Assembly (NCBI RefSeq): GCF_000150275.1
Contig: NW_002060945.1
Span: 259,872-323,871 of the forward strand
DNA length: 64,000 nt
Reading direction: 5' to 3'
From: Trichoplax adhaerens
Lineage: Eukaryota > Animalia > Placozoa
The translations under genes and the position numbers were made by a program. Position 1 is the stretch's first letter; every line of letters begins with the position of its first letter. This document shows positions 39,601-57,080 of the stretch, piece by piece. The notes under the pieces are model-generated. The model was given only the letters and a program-made list of their open reading frames with translations. It did no database searches and had not been told where the DNA came from.

Positions 39601-42600
39601 AGATGCATAAAAATATACTAACAACTCTAAATATGCAATATCTACCATACTATCATATGTAATAGAGCTAATTACTATTTCTTCTCATGGCATTATTCAT
39701 GGACTGGTAGAAGTTCTAGTGGTCCATATATTATATAATTATTGTACCGCGGCAAGTGATATATTGGAGTATTGCTTGGTTTTTAACTAAGGAGTTAATT
39801 ACTATATCTCCTCATAATATTATTCATGGACCACTAGAATTTCCAATGATCCGTGTATTACATAGTTATTGTACCGTGATAAGTAATAGATTAAAGTATT
39901 TTGCAGGATTTCATTTTTATGATGCATATGTGCTTCAAAAAAGATTCATAATAATATATTATTAATATTATCGTTAATTTCTCAAAGACTCTTAAAATTA
40001 CTTGCTTGACCTTTGAGTAACGAGCTAGAAGCTATTTTCACGGTACGAACTACCGTGAAGAAATAGCTATCTAAATTTGGTTAGTATAATATAGTGATAA
40101 TATATTACAACTAGTTACTTACAATAGGAATTGCTCTAATTATAAATGTGTTACAGTAAATTTAATGCTGTACTGCAATGTGCTCTGAAATGATTCTGTG
40201 AATGGACATATTGTAGTCCGACTGTAAAAATTAGTTAGTAGATGTTCTCACCTAAGTATTTTTATAAGATGACTCGTGAATGTTAGCTGCTGTAGAAGGG
40301 TATATAAGCCCGTCAGATAATTGAATAAAGTAGTTCTCAATTGTCTAGTTGAGTTTAACGTAGAATCAAAGGCGTCTAAATTCTTGTGAGATAGTTAAGG
40401 GATACTGAATCCCGGAGACTACCATAGTATTATTTTAATATTCCACTTTTATGGTACCTATGTGATTCAATAAAATTCATACTAATATATATTGATATGG
40501 TATAAATTTTATTTGAAACTTAGAGATTACCTCCTCATGTTCCATCATACATTCCCTATATTGGTCACGCTATATCCTTCGCTAGAGATCCAATACAATT
40601 TTTAAGACGTCAACATCAAAAGGTATTATCAAAACTATTCAGAGCAGTATTACAAACTATCATCCTTCTCCCGTGTTTTTATGTCACCTGTATTCCAGTT
40701 AGTACTTGAACTAGTGATGGATTTAGTTGGGACGAATAAAGAAATTTGAAAAGATATATAATGCATCGAAGCTAAACTTTTAGTAATTTATGGATTACGT
40801 ACAGATTCAAATTAATAATTTCCATCGGATTTATGATCTAGTGTATTTATGTACTTTCAAGCAAGGTTTCATTTTACTAATGAACCGTTAATTTTGATCT
40901 CATCAATTGCTAATACTAGTAGAATAAACTTACGTATCTTTAAATTCTTAAAATATTTGGCATGAATATTTAAAACACCTGTTCAGATTTTTTTATTAAA
41001 AAGCTGCTATTAGCTTACTTGACATTTCTATGCATTCATATTTTATTTTTAAAAATTAACCTCATACCTGGCAATATAGTATGGTGAAGTATTTAGTTTT
41101 ACTGTTCTTGGTCAAACGCTAACATACTTGGTTGGTTCACAAGCAAGTCAAACATTTTTCAATTCCAAAAATGAAGATTTGAACGCTGAAGACATCTATT
41201 CTCGCTTCACTACTCCTATCTTTGGACGAGGAGTCGCTTATGATGTTCCACATAAGGTAGAAGTAGTTGGCGTTACAAGGCGTTAGGCCATCACATTAAT
41301 GTTCAACAACATTTCGTATTTGATCGTTCTAGAATTTTAATTGACCAGTTTAAACTACCGTATCAGATCCTTCAGATATTTCATATTCTTTTATGTTTCC
41401 AATATACATTTATATTACATTTGCTTAATTCACAATCTTATTTCATCGTCATTGCGCCCAATCATAATAAACAGAATTCTTGCTAATATCTGAAGCCGTA
41501 ATCTACTGATACATGCTAATTATTTCATAAACATATATGAAACTATTCTGTGGTCGCCAAAAGCTCTAATTATTTTATTACAAGGATTCGTAAAGTTAGA
41601 GAAAAACTTTGCATCTGATTACTACAGTAGAGTTCACATATGCTGTGCAGCTTAGCACATTATGCAATAGACATTATAATAGCATACACGAAAAACTTGA
41701 AATATTTATTATAAAATGCTTTAAGCTTCCATATTGCTAAATATCTTATCAGAACTAGCAAGATGTATATACAATAGGAATATCTATTGACACAATTTAG
41801 TGCGACTTCTAGCTGGATATGCTAGATCAGTTAGCACTTATAAGATTAGAGCTCTAGCTGATAATGTACACTTAGCTGTACTTCGCTATCAATAAATTGT
41901 GTTATATAGGTATTATTGATTTATTGGTCTTAACTAGCATTTTTGATAGTGCGCAATTCAAATTGTTTGTTATGGTATCTAATATTGGTGCGGCATTTAT
42001 ATTCAATTTTATTTTACTGTTCTTAACTAACATTTTTGATAGTATGCAATTCGAGTCATTTGGTACGGTATCTAATATTAATGCGGCATTTTATATTAAT
42101 TTTATAGGTCTTTCTGGAACAGAAAAAAATGTTAAAATTTTCACTGACCAATGGCAGATTTCAGTCATATATACAAATAATCGAAGAAGAAACGGAAAGT
42201 TATATAAAATCTTGGAATGATGAAGGACACCAAGGTTTAGAGACTACATAGCTACTAGTAGCAATTTATATATACATATGCATATATACGTATACTGTAT
42301 GTTACGGTAACTTGATTTTAGATTACATATAATGGGAACACTGTAATTCTTCTATTGATCATAGATTTGCAACAAATATTTACGGAATTGATGTTGATGA
42401 CAGCAAGTCGATGCCTCCATGGTCAGTTTATCTTCAATGCCAATACTTTAATTCAATCGTTAATAGGATATATTTTAATAGTTTACAAGCTTATTACTTA
42501 AGAAACTTTTCACTGTGTGAATGATTGGCGTTCCAAAAATTTAAAGCTCAGTTGATTATAATTATTCGAATCTGAAAATTTTGTTTAAAAATATATACTT

Positions 42601-45600
42601 TATTCAGATAATTTTACATGATACCTTCAATGTATATTGTAGAACTAAGAGATGTAAGAACAAAATTTCTTGAGCTTTTAATTATCATATATTTTTGCTC
42701 GTAAATAAATCTGTACAGTAGTAATGTACTATATATGCTTAAAACATTAAAGGTTAAAACCCGAAGTCGTTCAATGTAAGTGCGACAAATTAGTGATTAA
42801 ATATGCGAATAGTTACTGTATTTTCCATTACTAATTTTTTTATCGTGTTCAACTTAAGACATTGGCTATATTTAAAGCAGAAAAAGCGTGAAAATGAGTA
42901 CTTTACTTAAATGCATGACCATTAAAAATATCATTTTTATACATCTTTAGAATTTGATGAAAGTCAAGAGTTGCTTCTTTTACTGCTTTATAGGATATTA
43001 TCGTACTACATCTATATGATAAAGGGAATTGCATTAATTTTGATTAGAGTCTATAAAATCGCAGTGCAGTCCTTTCATATAATTATCAAAGCTACAGTAT
43101 TTTTGGATAATTTTCTATTTAGCAACTTATGCCATGTTTTGTAGTTCATGTCCTGTCAGCTTTTCGTTCGGATATTTTTAATTTTAGTTATATATTGATG
43201 TATAACGCTTCTTGTCTATTCAAGGGACAATTTAAGCCTTAAATAGGTCTAAATATCAAATGAAACTCTTCGAAATTACTACATACTAATGCCTAATGAT
43301 TTCGACTTCAACGCAGGCAAAGAAATTCGAGGAATGTTGAATATTAAAGTAGCCAAATTATATCGGGACTTAGGCAAGGGCTTTTGCTACGCTGCCTGGC
43401 TATTACCCAGTTGGCTACCAATTCCTACCTTTAGGTAAACGAAGCCAGTCTGTAAATTATATGATAGTCTCTTTTCTCAACAAGTGCTGGGATTTATTTA
43501 ATAATAAAATTGTTGTTTTACCATACAATAGGAATCGAGATAAGGCCAATAAAGAAATGAAAATTATATTCGATCAGGTACTTAATACAGATTATCGGCT
43601 TTTTATTGAAAACATCAATTCATACTTGTGGAACTATATTGTCTCGTTAAATAAATGCAAGTATACATTTATCTTTTCTTGCTTCATTACAGTTCTTTCG
43701 AAATTAATAAACAGCACAATAATGCCATTTTTTGTTTATAATATTTAGTAGTTATATAATGAATTTCCAAATCAAATAGGTATTACTATTTTTCTGTATT
43801 TGAGAATATTTATCATCTCAGTATATCTAAATGATATTGATTGAAAATTAGCTTAAAGCCATTTTCTAAGCTGACCGTTTTTAAGATGATTGCCGCAATA
43901 TAATGAAACTACGGATGCGCTATATGATCTGATATGATATCTTTAGAAATCAATTCTTAATATTGGACAATGTTCTATAAGTATTCATCTCCGTGGTAGT
44001 ATAACAGAATATTTTGTGAATTAACTTCTTTACCATACATTTTTGCTGTTATTGATATCGATTTCTACCATCGCTTGCGACGCTCGTTATGTTCAACTAG
44101 GTGATATATTAAATTCGTTTAATGGGTGATTACGAGAACTGTTTAGAACTGTATATCTTCACGAATCGAGTCTGATACTGATCGTGTGTGCTTACGAGTA
44201 TATTTTTAGCTTGATTTGTGCAGATTTATAAATACACAGTAGGAGTAAATTTGAACACTTAAACACATCTCTTTTTTCATTATGACGGATGAATGCTACG
44301 TAAATCTGTAAAATATCAATCCACAAGTTTCTAGGTGTTTTATGTTTGTAATTATTGCTTTTGAACAATTATTAAAGTGAAGTTTTCTATCTGCTATTTA
44401 CTATAGTACATTTATGCTTGATGACTATTTTTATAATGCTCTGATACATTATTATCATTTCGGATATCAAATTTTTTAAATCTTGTGTTTAGCCATTGTT
44501 AGACTGCTATTTCTATTATTTGAGATAATGCTTCATGAAAACTTATTTTAGTACTCTTTATTTGCAATGGTGGTAATATTTGCAGGTTATTGATAAGAGA
44601 ATAGAAAATAATGTGATCGAAGATGATATTCTCGACACTTTAATGAATTCCAAGTATAGGTAAAATATATTAGATGTAAAGTAGCTTACTTTAAATTGAA
44701 CTCTCAATGATTTTGTGAAGAGCTTGCGATAAAATACCTTGTTAAGAGAAATCGTACGTTAAGTGCGCACATTTTAAAAAAATTAAAAGGAAATGACAAC
44801 TGATATTATATAACCTCGTATGTTTTCGTACTAGAAATGGACAATATTTAAGTAAGAATGAAATTTCTGGAATGTTACTTGGTTTTTTACTTGCTGGACA
44901 GCATACTTCTTCGACATCAAGTTCATGGTTAGGATTTTATCTTGCTAAAAATAAATTATGGCAGGTAATGCGCTATAGATATAATTGAAATAAACAATAT
45001 ATTTCTAACACTTCTTTACTACGTTATGCTAAATTTCCATACTATCGATTGTATCATCGTATCATATTTTAAGCGATGTGCTTAGTTTTGATATCATACT
45101 TAAGAATGCATATAAGATAACAAAAATATTGTAAAATAAGCTAAGAGTTAAAGTTTTAGACAACATTGACGCTGAACATTCCATATTTGCTTTTTTTCCC
45201 TCCGCTACCTTTATAGTAGTAACTGATGATAGCAACATTTATTTCTAATCGTATTTTGATATTATATTATAAAGTATGATAGTTTTATCAAAAGTACGGA
45301 TAATTATAGAACTTGTTTTATCGATAGTATCATACTTATCAATCTCTGAAAATTTAATACAGAAAAGCTATAATTAAAATCGTGTATTGTATTTAATCTA
45401 TTAGTTTAAACTAGAATGATAATAGTAAGCGTTTTAGATAACATTCACACGCACAATTGTAGTTTTACTATATCCACAGACGGATTATCTGTTTCATGAC
45501 TGTAATAGGATTCCTGCTTTAAAGAGCTACAAGAAGTTAGCGTTACTGAAAACAATTCTATTGACTCTGATAAGGTAAGAATGATTTATAGATTTATTTA

Positions 45601-47198
45601 AGCACTATTTACTGTTTTAAGATGGTTATTCTACAGCTACCTTTACAGAATTATCAAGCTAACACACTTAAGTACATATAAAGATTTTAGTGAGTTACTA
45701 AATCGTAAGGTATACTGTATTAGTTTCAGAAGAGGAATGAAATTCTTTAGCTAATTAATTATCTACTGATCCTATAATGCCATTTCGACGAAGATTTTAA
45801 ATTTGACGTCTTCCACTAAAATATACATATTAGCATAGACTACAATAGAGAAGTCGTTTCTCAAAATATCCATTTTTGTGTCATTTAGATTTTTTAACAC
45901 TTACATTGCATATATTCAATATCAAGTCTAGTATCAATGGCTCAAAATATTTCTCCTTCATTTATTCTTAGCTTCTTAGTAAAATTTTATCATAATTGCG
46001 TATTTGTAATTTCGGCTAGAAGCCTTATATGCTAAATTCATTTATGATTTATAAAGCAACCAAAAATTGAACCATTATTTTTTTGGATAATGTGATAATT
46101 AATTGTAGTTAAAAGAACTAAATACATTGGAATGCTGTATCAAAGAAGCACTACGATTAAGGCCACCAGTTATGACAATGATTAGATCTGTTAAAACTCC
46201 ACAGGTAGAATTTTGGCTTTGTGACTGATTTAAAAAATTTCTATGCTGTTATGGATGAATATTTGATGTCCTCTAAAATTGCTTCATCCTGTATAACAAG
46301 CCATATTTACCATTTCTGCCACAAAAATAGCATTACAAGAACTTCTATATTCCAGTCGAACACCAAGTTTGCGTATCTCCAACGATCAATCAATCATTAC
46401 CGTCTGTTTGGAAAGACCCAGAAGTTTTTAACCCTGATAGGTGACGAAGCAATAAAATTTTATGAAATCAACACTATATCATGACCTCATTTTAGTAACA
46501 TAATTTAGAAATCTCTAAAAGCTTTTAGTGCGAATATATGCTGAATTATCTGACTTCATATATATTAAATATTCGAATATCATAAAATATCCTATGTCAA
46601 CTTTAAAGAATAAATTTTGTTTGATGCGCTTGATGGATATAGATTCAAAGGCGATGGTTGCTTTCGAAATGAAAAATTTTCTTATATACCTTTTGGTGCA
46701 GGTGAGTCAAGATGTAGTAACGATAATTAGCATTATCACATATAATTAATTTAATTTTAGTAATTATAAATCGCAATTTTGCACGGATTCTTGATATTAC
46801 ACTTCTCTTAACGATTTGTACATCTCAAGTTGTATTTATTAGTTGAAAATTTACATTACCAATGGTTTGAAATGAATAGATGGTATTATATTTGCTAATA
46901 CGAGTATAATATCATCTATTTAATACATTTTAAATAGTATTAATTATAAATGAAGACGAGTACCTTTTATTGTTTCGTTAAAAGTAATCTTATACGTAAT
47001 TATAATCATCTTATACGGGTAGGTCGGCATAGATGCATTGGAGAAATTTTTGCTTATTTGCAAATGAAAACCATATGGACGGTGCTAATTCGACATTTTG
47101 AATTTGACTTGATAAATGATTACTTTCCTACGGTTAATCATAGTAGCCTAATTCATACACCAAACAATCCGGTTATTGCATATAAAAGAAGAAAGTGA
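33664..47198 (+). CDS. CYP51: Sterol 14-alpha-demethylase-like cytochrome P450, divergent paralog (CYP51 copy A); 14 exons, ~507 aa, intact
   Basis: Exons 33664-33852 (hydrophobic N-terminal anchor; least certain exon), 40524-40622, 41080-41256, 42108-42234, 42365-42421, 43317-43434, 43532-43577, 44586-44659, 44835-44964, 45509-45574, 46109-46204, 46331-46440, 46643-46701, 47023-47198. All introns are GT-AG and phase-compatible. Motifs: [17 protein letters not shown]-helix [18 protein letters not shown] (ExxR), FNPDRF and heme motif [11 protein letters not shown]. Confidence 0.93.
41925..42110. repeat. ~90-bp tandem duplication just before CYP51 copy A exon 4
   Basis: TCTTAACTA(G/A)CATTTTTGATAGT..GCAATTC...GGTATCTAATATT..TGCGGCATTT occurs at ~41928 and ~42020. 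It accounts for the spurious ORF 41897-42220. Confidence 0.8.
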
Positions 47199-49143
47199 CC
47201 CATCATATGGCTTAACTTAACTACCACTCTGTTGGTGATATAATATTCTATAAATGTTGTTTACCAAACGGCATGCCCTAGTATTGCTGTATCAGTTTGT
47301 GATGAATAAGGAAATCGTTAAATGCTTAAATTGTACTTCTTGAATCTGATTCTGATCCAAATTTCTCGAATGGAAAACTACTGCGACAATCGTTCATCGC
47401 ATTCTAGTTGCTTGTATATCTTCATATTATATTACGCGTCCATCCACATATCGATTTCATGTAGCTTCAGTTCGGGGCCAGAATAACTAAAGATGGCAAG
47501 ACTGTAGCTCTATTAGTGTTTAATAAATTATAATTAAAACATAGACTATTACAGTATAAGAAACAGAAATATACTAATTTTAAAGCTCTGGTCAACTGAA
47601 AATTGTGCAATGAAATAATTATGATGATAAGCAATAATAAAAGAGATAATCAACATGAATACATCTTTACCGTATAAATCTTGATACTGTGTGAGCCTGC
47701 TTAATACAGTATACTTGTGTGATCCTAAACCATAAGGTCGTAATATTCTGGTAGATGTGAAATGATAATTAATCTATACAAGGTAGTCTCACTTCGATAG
47801 TGTAATAGAATATACATATCTGATGAACTTTCATACTTGTATATTTTCATTGATGAGGTTGTTTTCCCGATTGGATCATTGAATGTTGAATTTATTTAGT
47901 ACAATCTAGGAAATTGAAGATGCTTGTATTGATTTAGAGAAAAAATTTTAAATGTGAAATTGGTAAAGTGCTTTCAATGATAATGAAAATAAAAGTCTGC
48001 CAAAAAATTTCTTTCTTTTAATCGTATTCATATGACTATACATTTGTAATTATTTAGATCATAATTTACTGTACATGATGTTATGCATGTGTGTTACGTA
48101 TAACAATCAAATGGTCACAAACAGCTTGCGACAAGATCACCTAAACCTAATCGGAAACTAATACGTAACTTGTGTTCGCATTAAATTAATAAAGTCTACT
48201 TAACCAACCTATAACAGACTGTATGATTCTCGATTAAATATTTGAGCCCAGTAAAGAGTGGTTTCGACAACCCAAGGTCAATAAGGCACGAAGCCACACA
48301 GTTAACGTTTCACTGGCAAAGAAAAATTAAAGCACTAGATTCTAAATATTCCTGCTCAGTTGCCCATCAACTATTTATAATGCTTAAATATAGCAGATGG
48401 TACAAACACTAATTACCTCTGAACTAATTAAATAAGCTAAACAGAACTTGAAAGCTGGATATATTAATACCATATCAAGTAATGCATGCGAAATAAATTG
48501 GTCTTCCTTAGTAATCTTACATTATACACACAATACTGCTATAGACGTAAATAAATTACTAACTAATTTAGAGGTTATTATCTGCTCAATGTGGCAGCAA
48601 TGACATCAACTGCACAACCTAAGTTATAGTTAAAGGGGTTAATTAGTCTTACGGAGCCTTAGCAACATAGCACAACCATAGCAAATACGACTAAGTAACG
48701 CTCAATTAATGTCGTCGTGAATTGCTGCAATAGTTTGTAATAGGTTAATACAATATTGTAGTTATCCACATCTCCTTGAGATAATAAAGTTCAATCAGCT
48801 ATAGCTGAGCGAAGTTAAGTTTTATTAATACTAATCATCCAGTTAAAAACTTAGAATCTCTTTTCTTTTATAGTTAAATGCATTTATCCATAGATTAAGT
48901 AACTTTAGGTACTCTACAAATATTTACCAAAATTGACCAAGCTATAATGTACTGCAGTGTCTAAACTTTGTGTATTCTTAAAACTATAAAATATCATAGA
49001 TATTGCCCTGCATGTTAAATTTTAAAACGTAAACTATTAAAATCAATGGAACTATTTTACATCATTTATTTCTTTAAACTATCTTTTCAATATGTTGCCA
49101 AGTACAAAACTACCAACTGAGAGAAACTATAGTTAAGATCTGA

Positions 49144-54136
<4,993 letters not shown>

Positions 54137-54599
54137 TCTTGCCCCTTCAACAATTCTAATTGTAGCAAATACTACTTGCGATGACGTATAGAAATACATA
54201 GTTGTAAGTCAATTTGAAAGTACTTGCAGCAAAAAAGACATCATTATTTCACTTCTACGTTAGTGAGACACGTTTTTGTCTTTAAACTAAAATGAAAACT
54301 TTAAGTATTATGTATCGGAATATTTGATATCAGTCAGGACAATTCTGTCAAAATGTTCATTTTCACGAAATGCTATTTATTCATGAGAATGCGTATGTTA
54401 GATTGCAAACGCTATAGAGTAGTTTTTAATAGGCAAAGGAAGTACTGTAATCGTACATTCAACAAGTCTTCAATACAGAACACCTCATCACATTCGTATT
54501 ACTATGCGTATTACTTTCAGATTATGCGTTATCACTTTCTTTTAGCAATGTCATGTGCATTGTATTTGTATTCGTATAGTAACTGTAGCTTTCGATCAG

Positions 54600-55440
54600 T
54601 ATCTTGTACGAACAGTATGATCGAAATATAGCATTGGAATTTATAAATTATAACACAGTTGTAATTAAATTCAATCCAGTTAAAATGTCAGCGGATAGTA
54701 ACGGCTTTTATAACAATTTATTCTAAAGTCAATAGCTATTGAACTATAACTTATAAGTTAGTTAATCTTGCTGATGTTACAACAGTATATGCAATACTTT
54801 CAATGCAATGCAAGCCACATGTATTGTGCATCGTGTATCAATTATAGCTTTCAATCAACATCTTTTACGGACAGTATGATTGAAATGTAGCATTGGAATT
54901 TGTAAACGGTAGCACAGTCTAAGTACAGTAGTGCTTTGAATGCAAATCATACCACATGTACGTATTGTGCGTCATGTAGCCATTGCGGCGTTCAATCAGT
55001 TGCTTTACGAATAGTACACTATGATCGAAATGCAGTATTGGAAAATGTAAATGATAATATATGCAGTAGCATGCATGCAATACAAACCACATGTACTGTA
55101 CTCTAGTGTACATTGTGTAGCAACTTTAAATCGGTTGATTTCAGAACAATATGATGGAAATGTAGCATTGGAAAATGTCAATGAGAATATGGTATATGTA
55201 GTAGTGTGCATGCAATACAAACCACATGCATTGTGCCTTGTGCAGTAACTCTAACTTTTAAAATCGGCTGATTCAAGAACAGTATGATTGAAATGTAGCA
55301 TTGAAACATGGAAATGGTGCCATGCAAACGACAAGTATTATGCATTGTGCAGTAAGTATAACTTACTTAAATCGGTTGATTGAAGAATACTGTACAGTAG
55401 TATGATCAAAATGTAGTACAACAGTGGAATTTGTCAATGG
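54600..55440. repeat. Degenerate tandem repeat, ~6 copies of ~120-150 bp, between LSS and CYP51 copy B
   Basis: Anchor ACAGTATGAT(C/T)GAAATGTAGCATTGGAA at ~54612, ~54871, ~55019, ~55146, ~55279 and ~55399. ATGCAATACAAACCACATG also recurs. Confidence 0.85.
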
Positions 55441-56354
55441 TAATATACTGTTCGGTAGTGTGAACCGAGTATCTCCTGCATAAATTGTGAATTTGTACGT
55501 AGGTATGATAACATTTTTCTACATTGTGCAATACAGTAGAGTAAAAATATCAACCAAATCCATGAATAAATATTTGGTAGTTCTCAAGTTCCGTTTTCGC
55601 TCAAGTGCAAAATAAACATTGTCGCAGGTAAGCATAGCGTCAACTCAGTTGAATGTCTATCATCAAGCACTCATCATCCGTACCTATTGGATACTGGCGT
55701 CGATGGCATACAAGGTGATATATAATTTATTTGGACGTGTCTACGGAGTCACTTATTTGATTGTAATTTACGCAGTTTTGTTGTTCTTGATAGCGTTTCT
55801 AACGTTTTATTACTCTCTACTTTATGATGAAATGAAACTATTTTACGTGTTGGTTGTATAATTTTGTTTGGCATTGAGAAGATTGAGTCGAGTGAAATGT
55901 TGACTGAGCTTGGCACTGCCATGTTTTGCATGAAAACAAACTAACTGGTCGAGCATTGCTGTCTTTGAGTTGAGCTACTATTCATACAGTACTCCTACTT
56001 TGCAATGGATAGTCCAAATTAGGATGATTTTGTTATTCAATCAAGTCTTCTCTACCCATTGGTAGTCTATCTAATCTTTTTATCATGAATTATCAAGGAA
56101 TAACTTACCAAGAAAAAGAATTTCACTGGTAAACAATCTTCAAGTTGCTCAGTGAAATGGAGGATTGACAAGATAGGCAACTAGTGACTTACTGTACATC
56201 CAACTATAGTACACAGGATTAGCATGGAGTACATATAGTACAGTACAATAAGTACAAGAGTTTGGCCTTGTTTCATTTCAGTACCGAACACTGACTGACA
56301 GGACGCTGGACAGTGGACAGGCTTCGAAGGGTTAAAAGGTAATGGAGCCATATT

Positions 56355-56460
56355 GAATGAACCAATCAAAAGAGAATCAATCGATCATGACCATGACGTG
56401 ATGGAGTTATCCAATGAGATGCTAGAATCCTTCCTTATTATTCGCAATTGGAGTGACTCG
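56355..56460. promoter_or_regulatory. Candidate shared (bidirectional) promoter module: three CCAAT boxes around an ATGACGTGAT element
   Basis: CCAAT at 56362 and 56411, ATTGG at 56447, ATGACGTGAT at 56393-56402. It lies in a locally GC-richer patch between the divergently transcribed LSS and CYP51 copy B. Confidence 0.35.
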
Positions 56461-56514
56461 ACCAGTACCAGACGACATGAGGGCCCGGCTCACTTTCATC
56501 ACAGACTGTCAATA

Positions 56515-57080
56515 AAGGTACACTGTGTACAGTACTATACTGTACACAGTGTACAGTACAATCGTGTGTAAAAAGTTTAAGTACTGTCAATTAAATTTAG
56601 TACTGTACTGTGAAATGCGCATGAGCTAACCCAGCTAACCAACTGTAAAACGCTATTAAAAATGAAAGATGTAGTACCTATGTAGAACGACCGGAAAAAT
56701 GCACCGTGCGGTACGTAATCCAACAGATGCTTGTTGTTTCATGCTCACTAAAGTGCTCACTCACTTAGCTATAACTTTTATTACCATACTTTTTACCATC
56801 GAGGTCAAAAATAACTTACCTACACACTGCCCTGTACAGTGTACAGTACATTACAGCACCGTACAATGTACTGTACTGTAATGAATCGTACTGTACAGTA
56901 TGTACTGTAGCGTACAGTATGTTCTCTACAGTACAAGTAAATATACTGTACACAGTCAAGTTACAATACTGTACAGTGATACATTGTACTGTGCTTTCTA
57001 CAGTATAACCCTTACTTACAGCGTTAACTCGACGCCATTACTACAGTACTCAAGTTAGGCAGCTACCGCGCAGTACTGTA
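56515..57080. repeat. TACTGTA/TACAGTA-rich low-complexity palindromic tract upstream of CYP51 copy B
   Basis: Many TACTGT/ACAGTA words. Perfect 17-bp inverted repeat at 56518-56554 and a 12-bp inverted repeat at 56841-56876. Confidence 0.8.

Noticed and set aside
35200-39965. Nested gene or decayed transposon in CYP51 copy A intron 1
   Set aside because: Only short AT-rich ORFs with frequent stops. No transposase, RT or other recognisable motif.
33664-47198. CYP51 copy A as a pseudogene or an assembly duplicate of copy B
   Set aside because: All 14 exons are open, phase-compatible and flanked by GT-AG. Heme Cys, ExxR and I-helix motifs are intact, and the sequence is far too diverged from copy B to be allelic.
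54353-56881. Short ORFs between LSS and CYP51 copy B
   Set aside because: They overlap tandem-repeat or TACTGTA-rich sequence, and the translations are low-complexity with no family signal.
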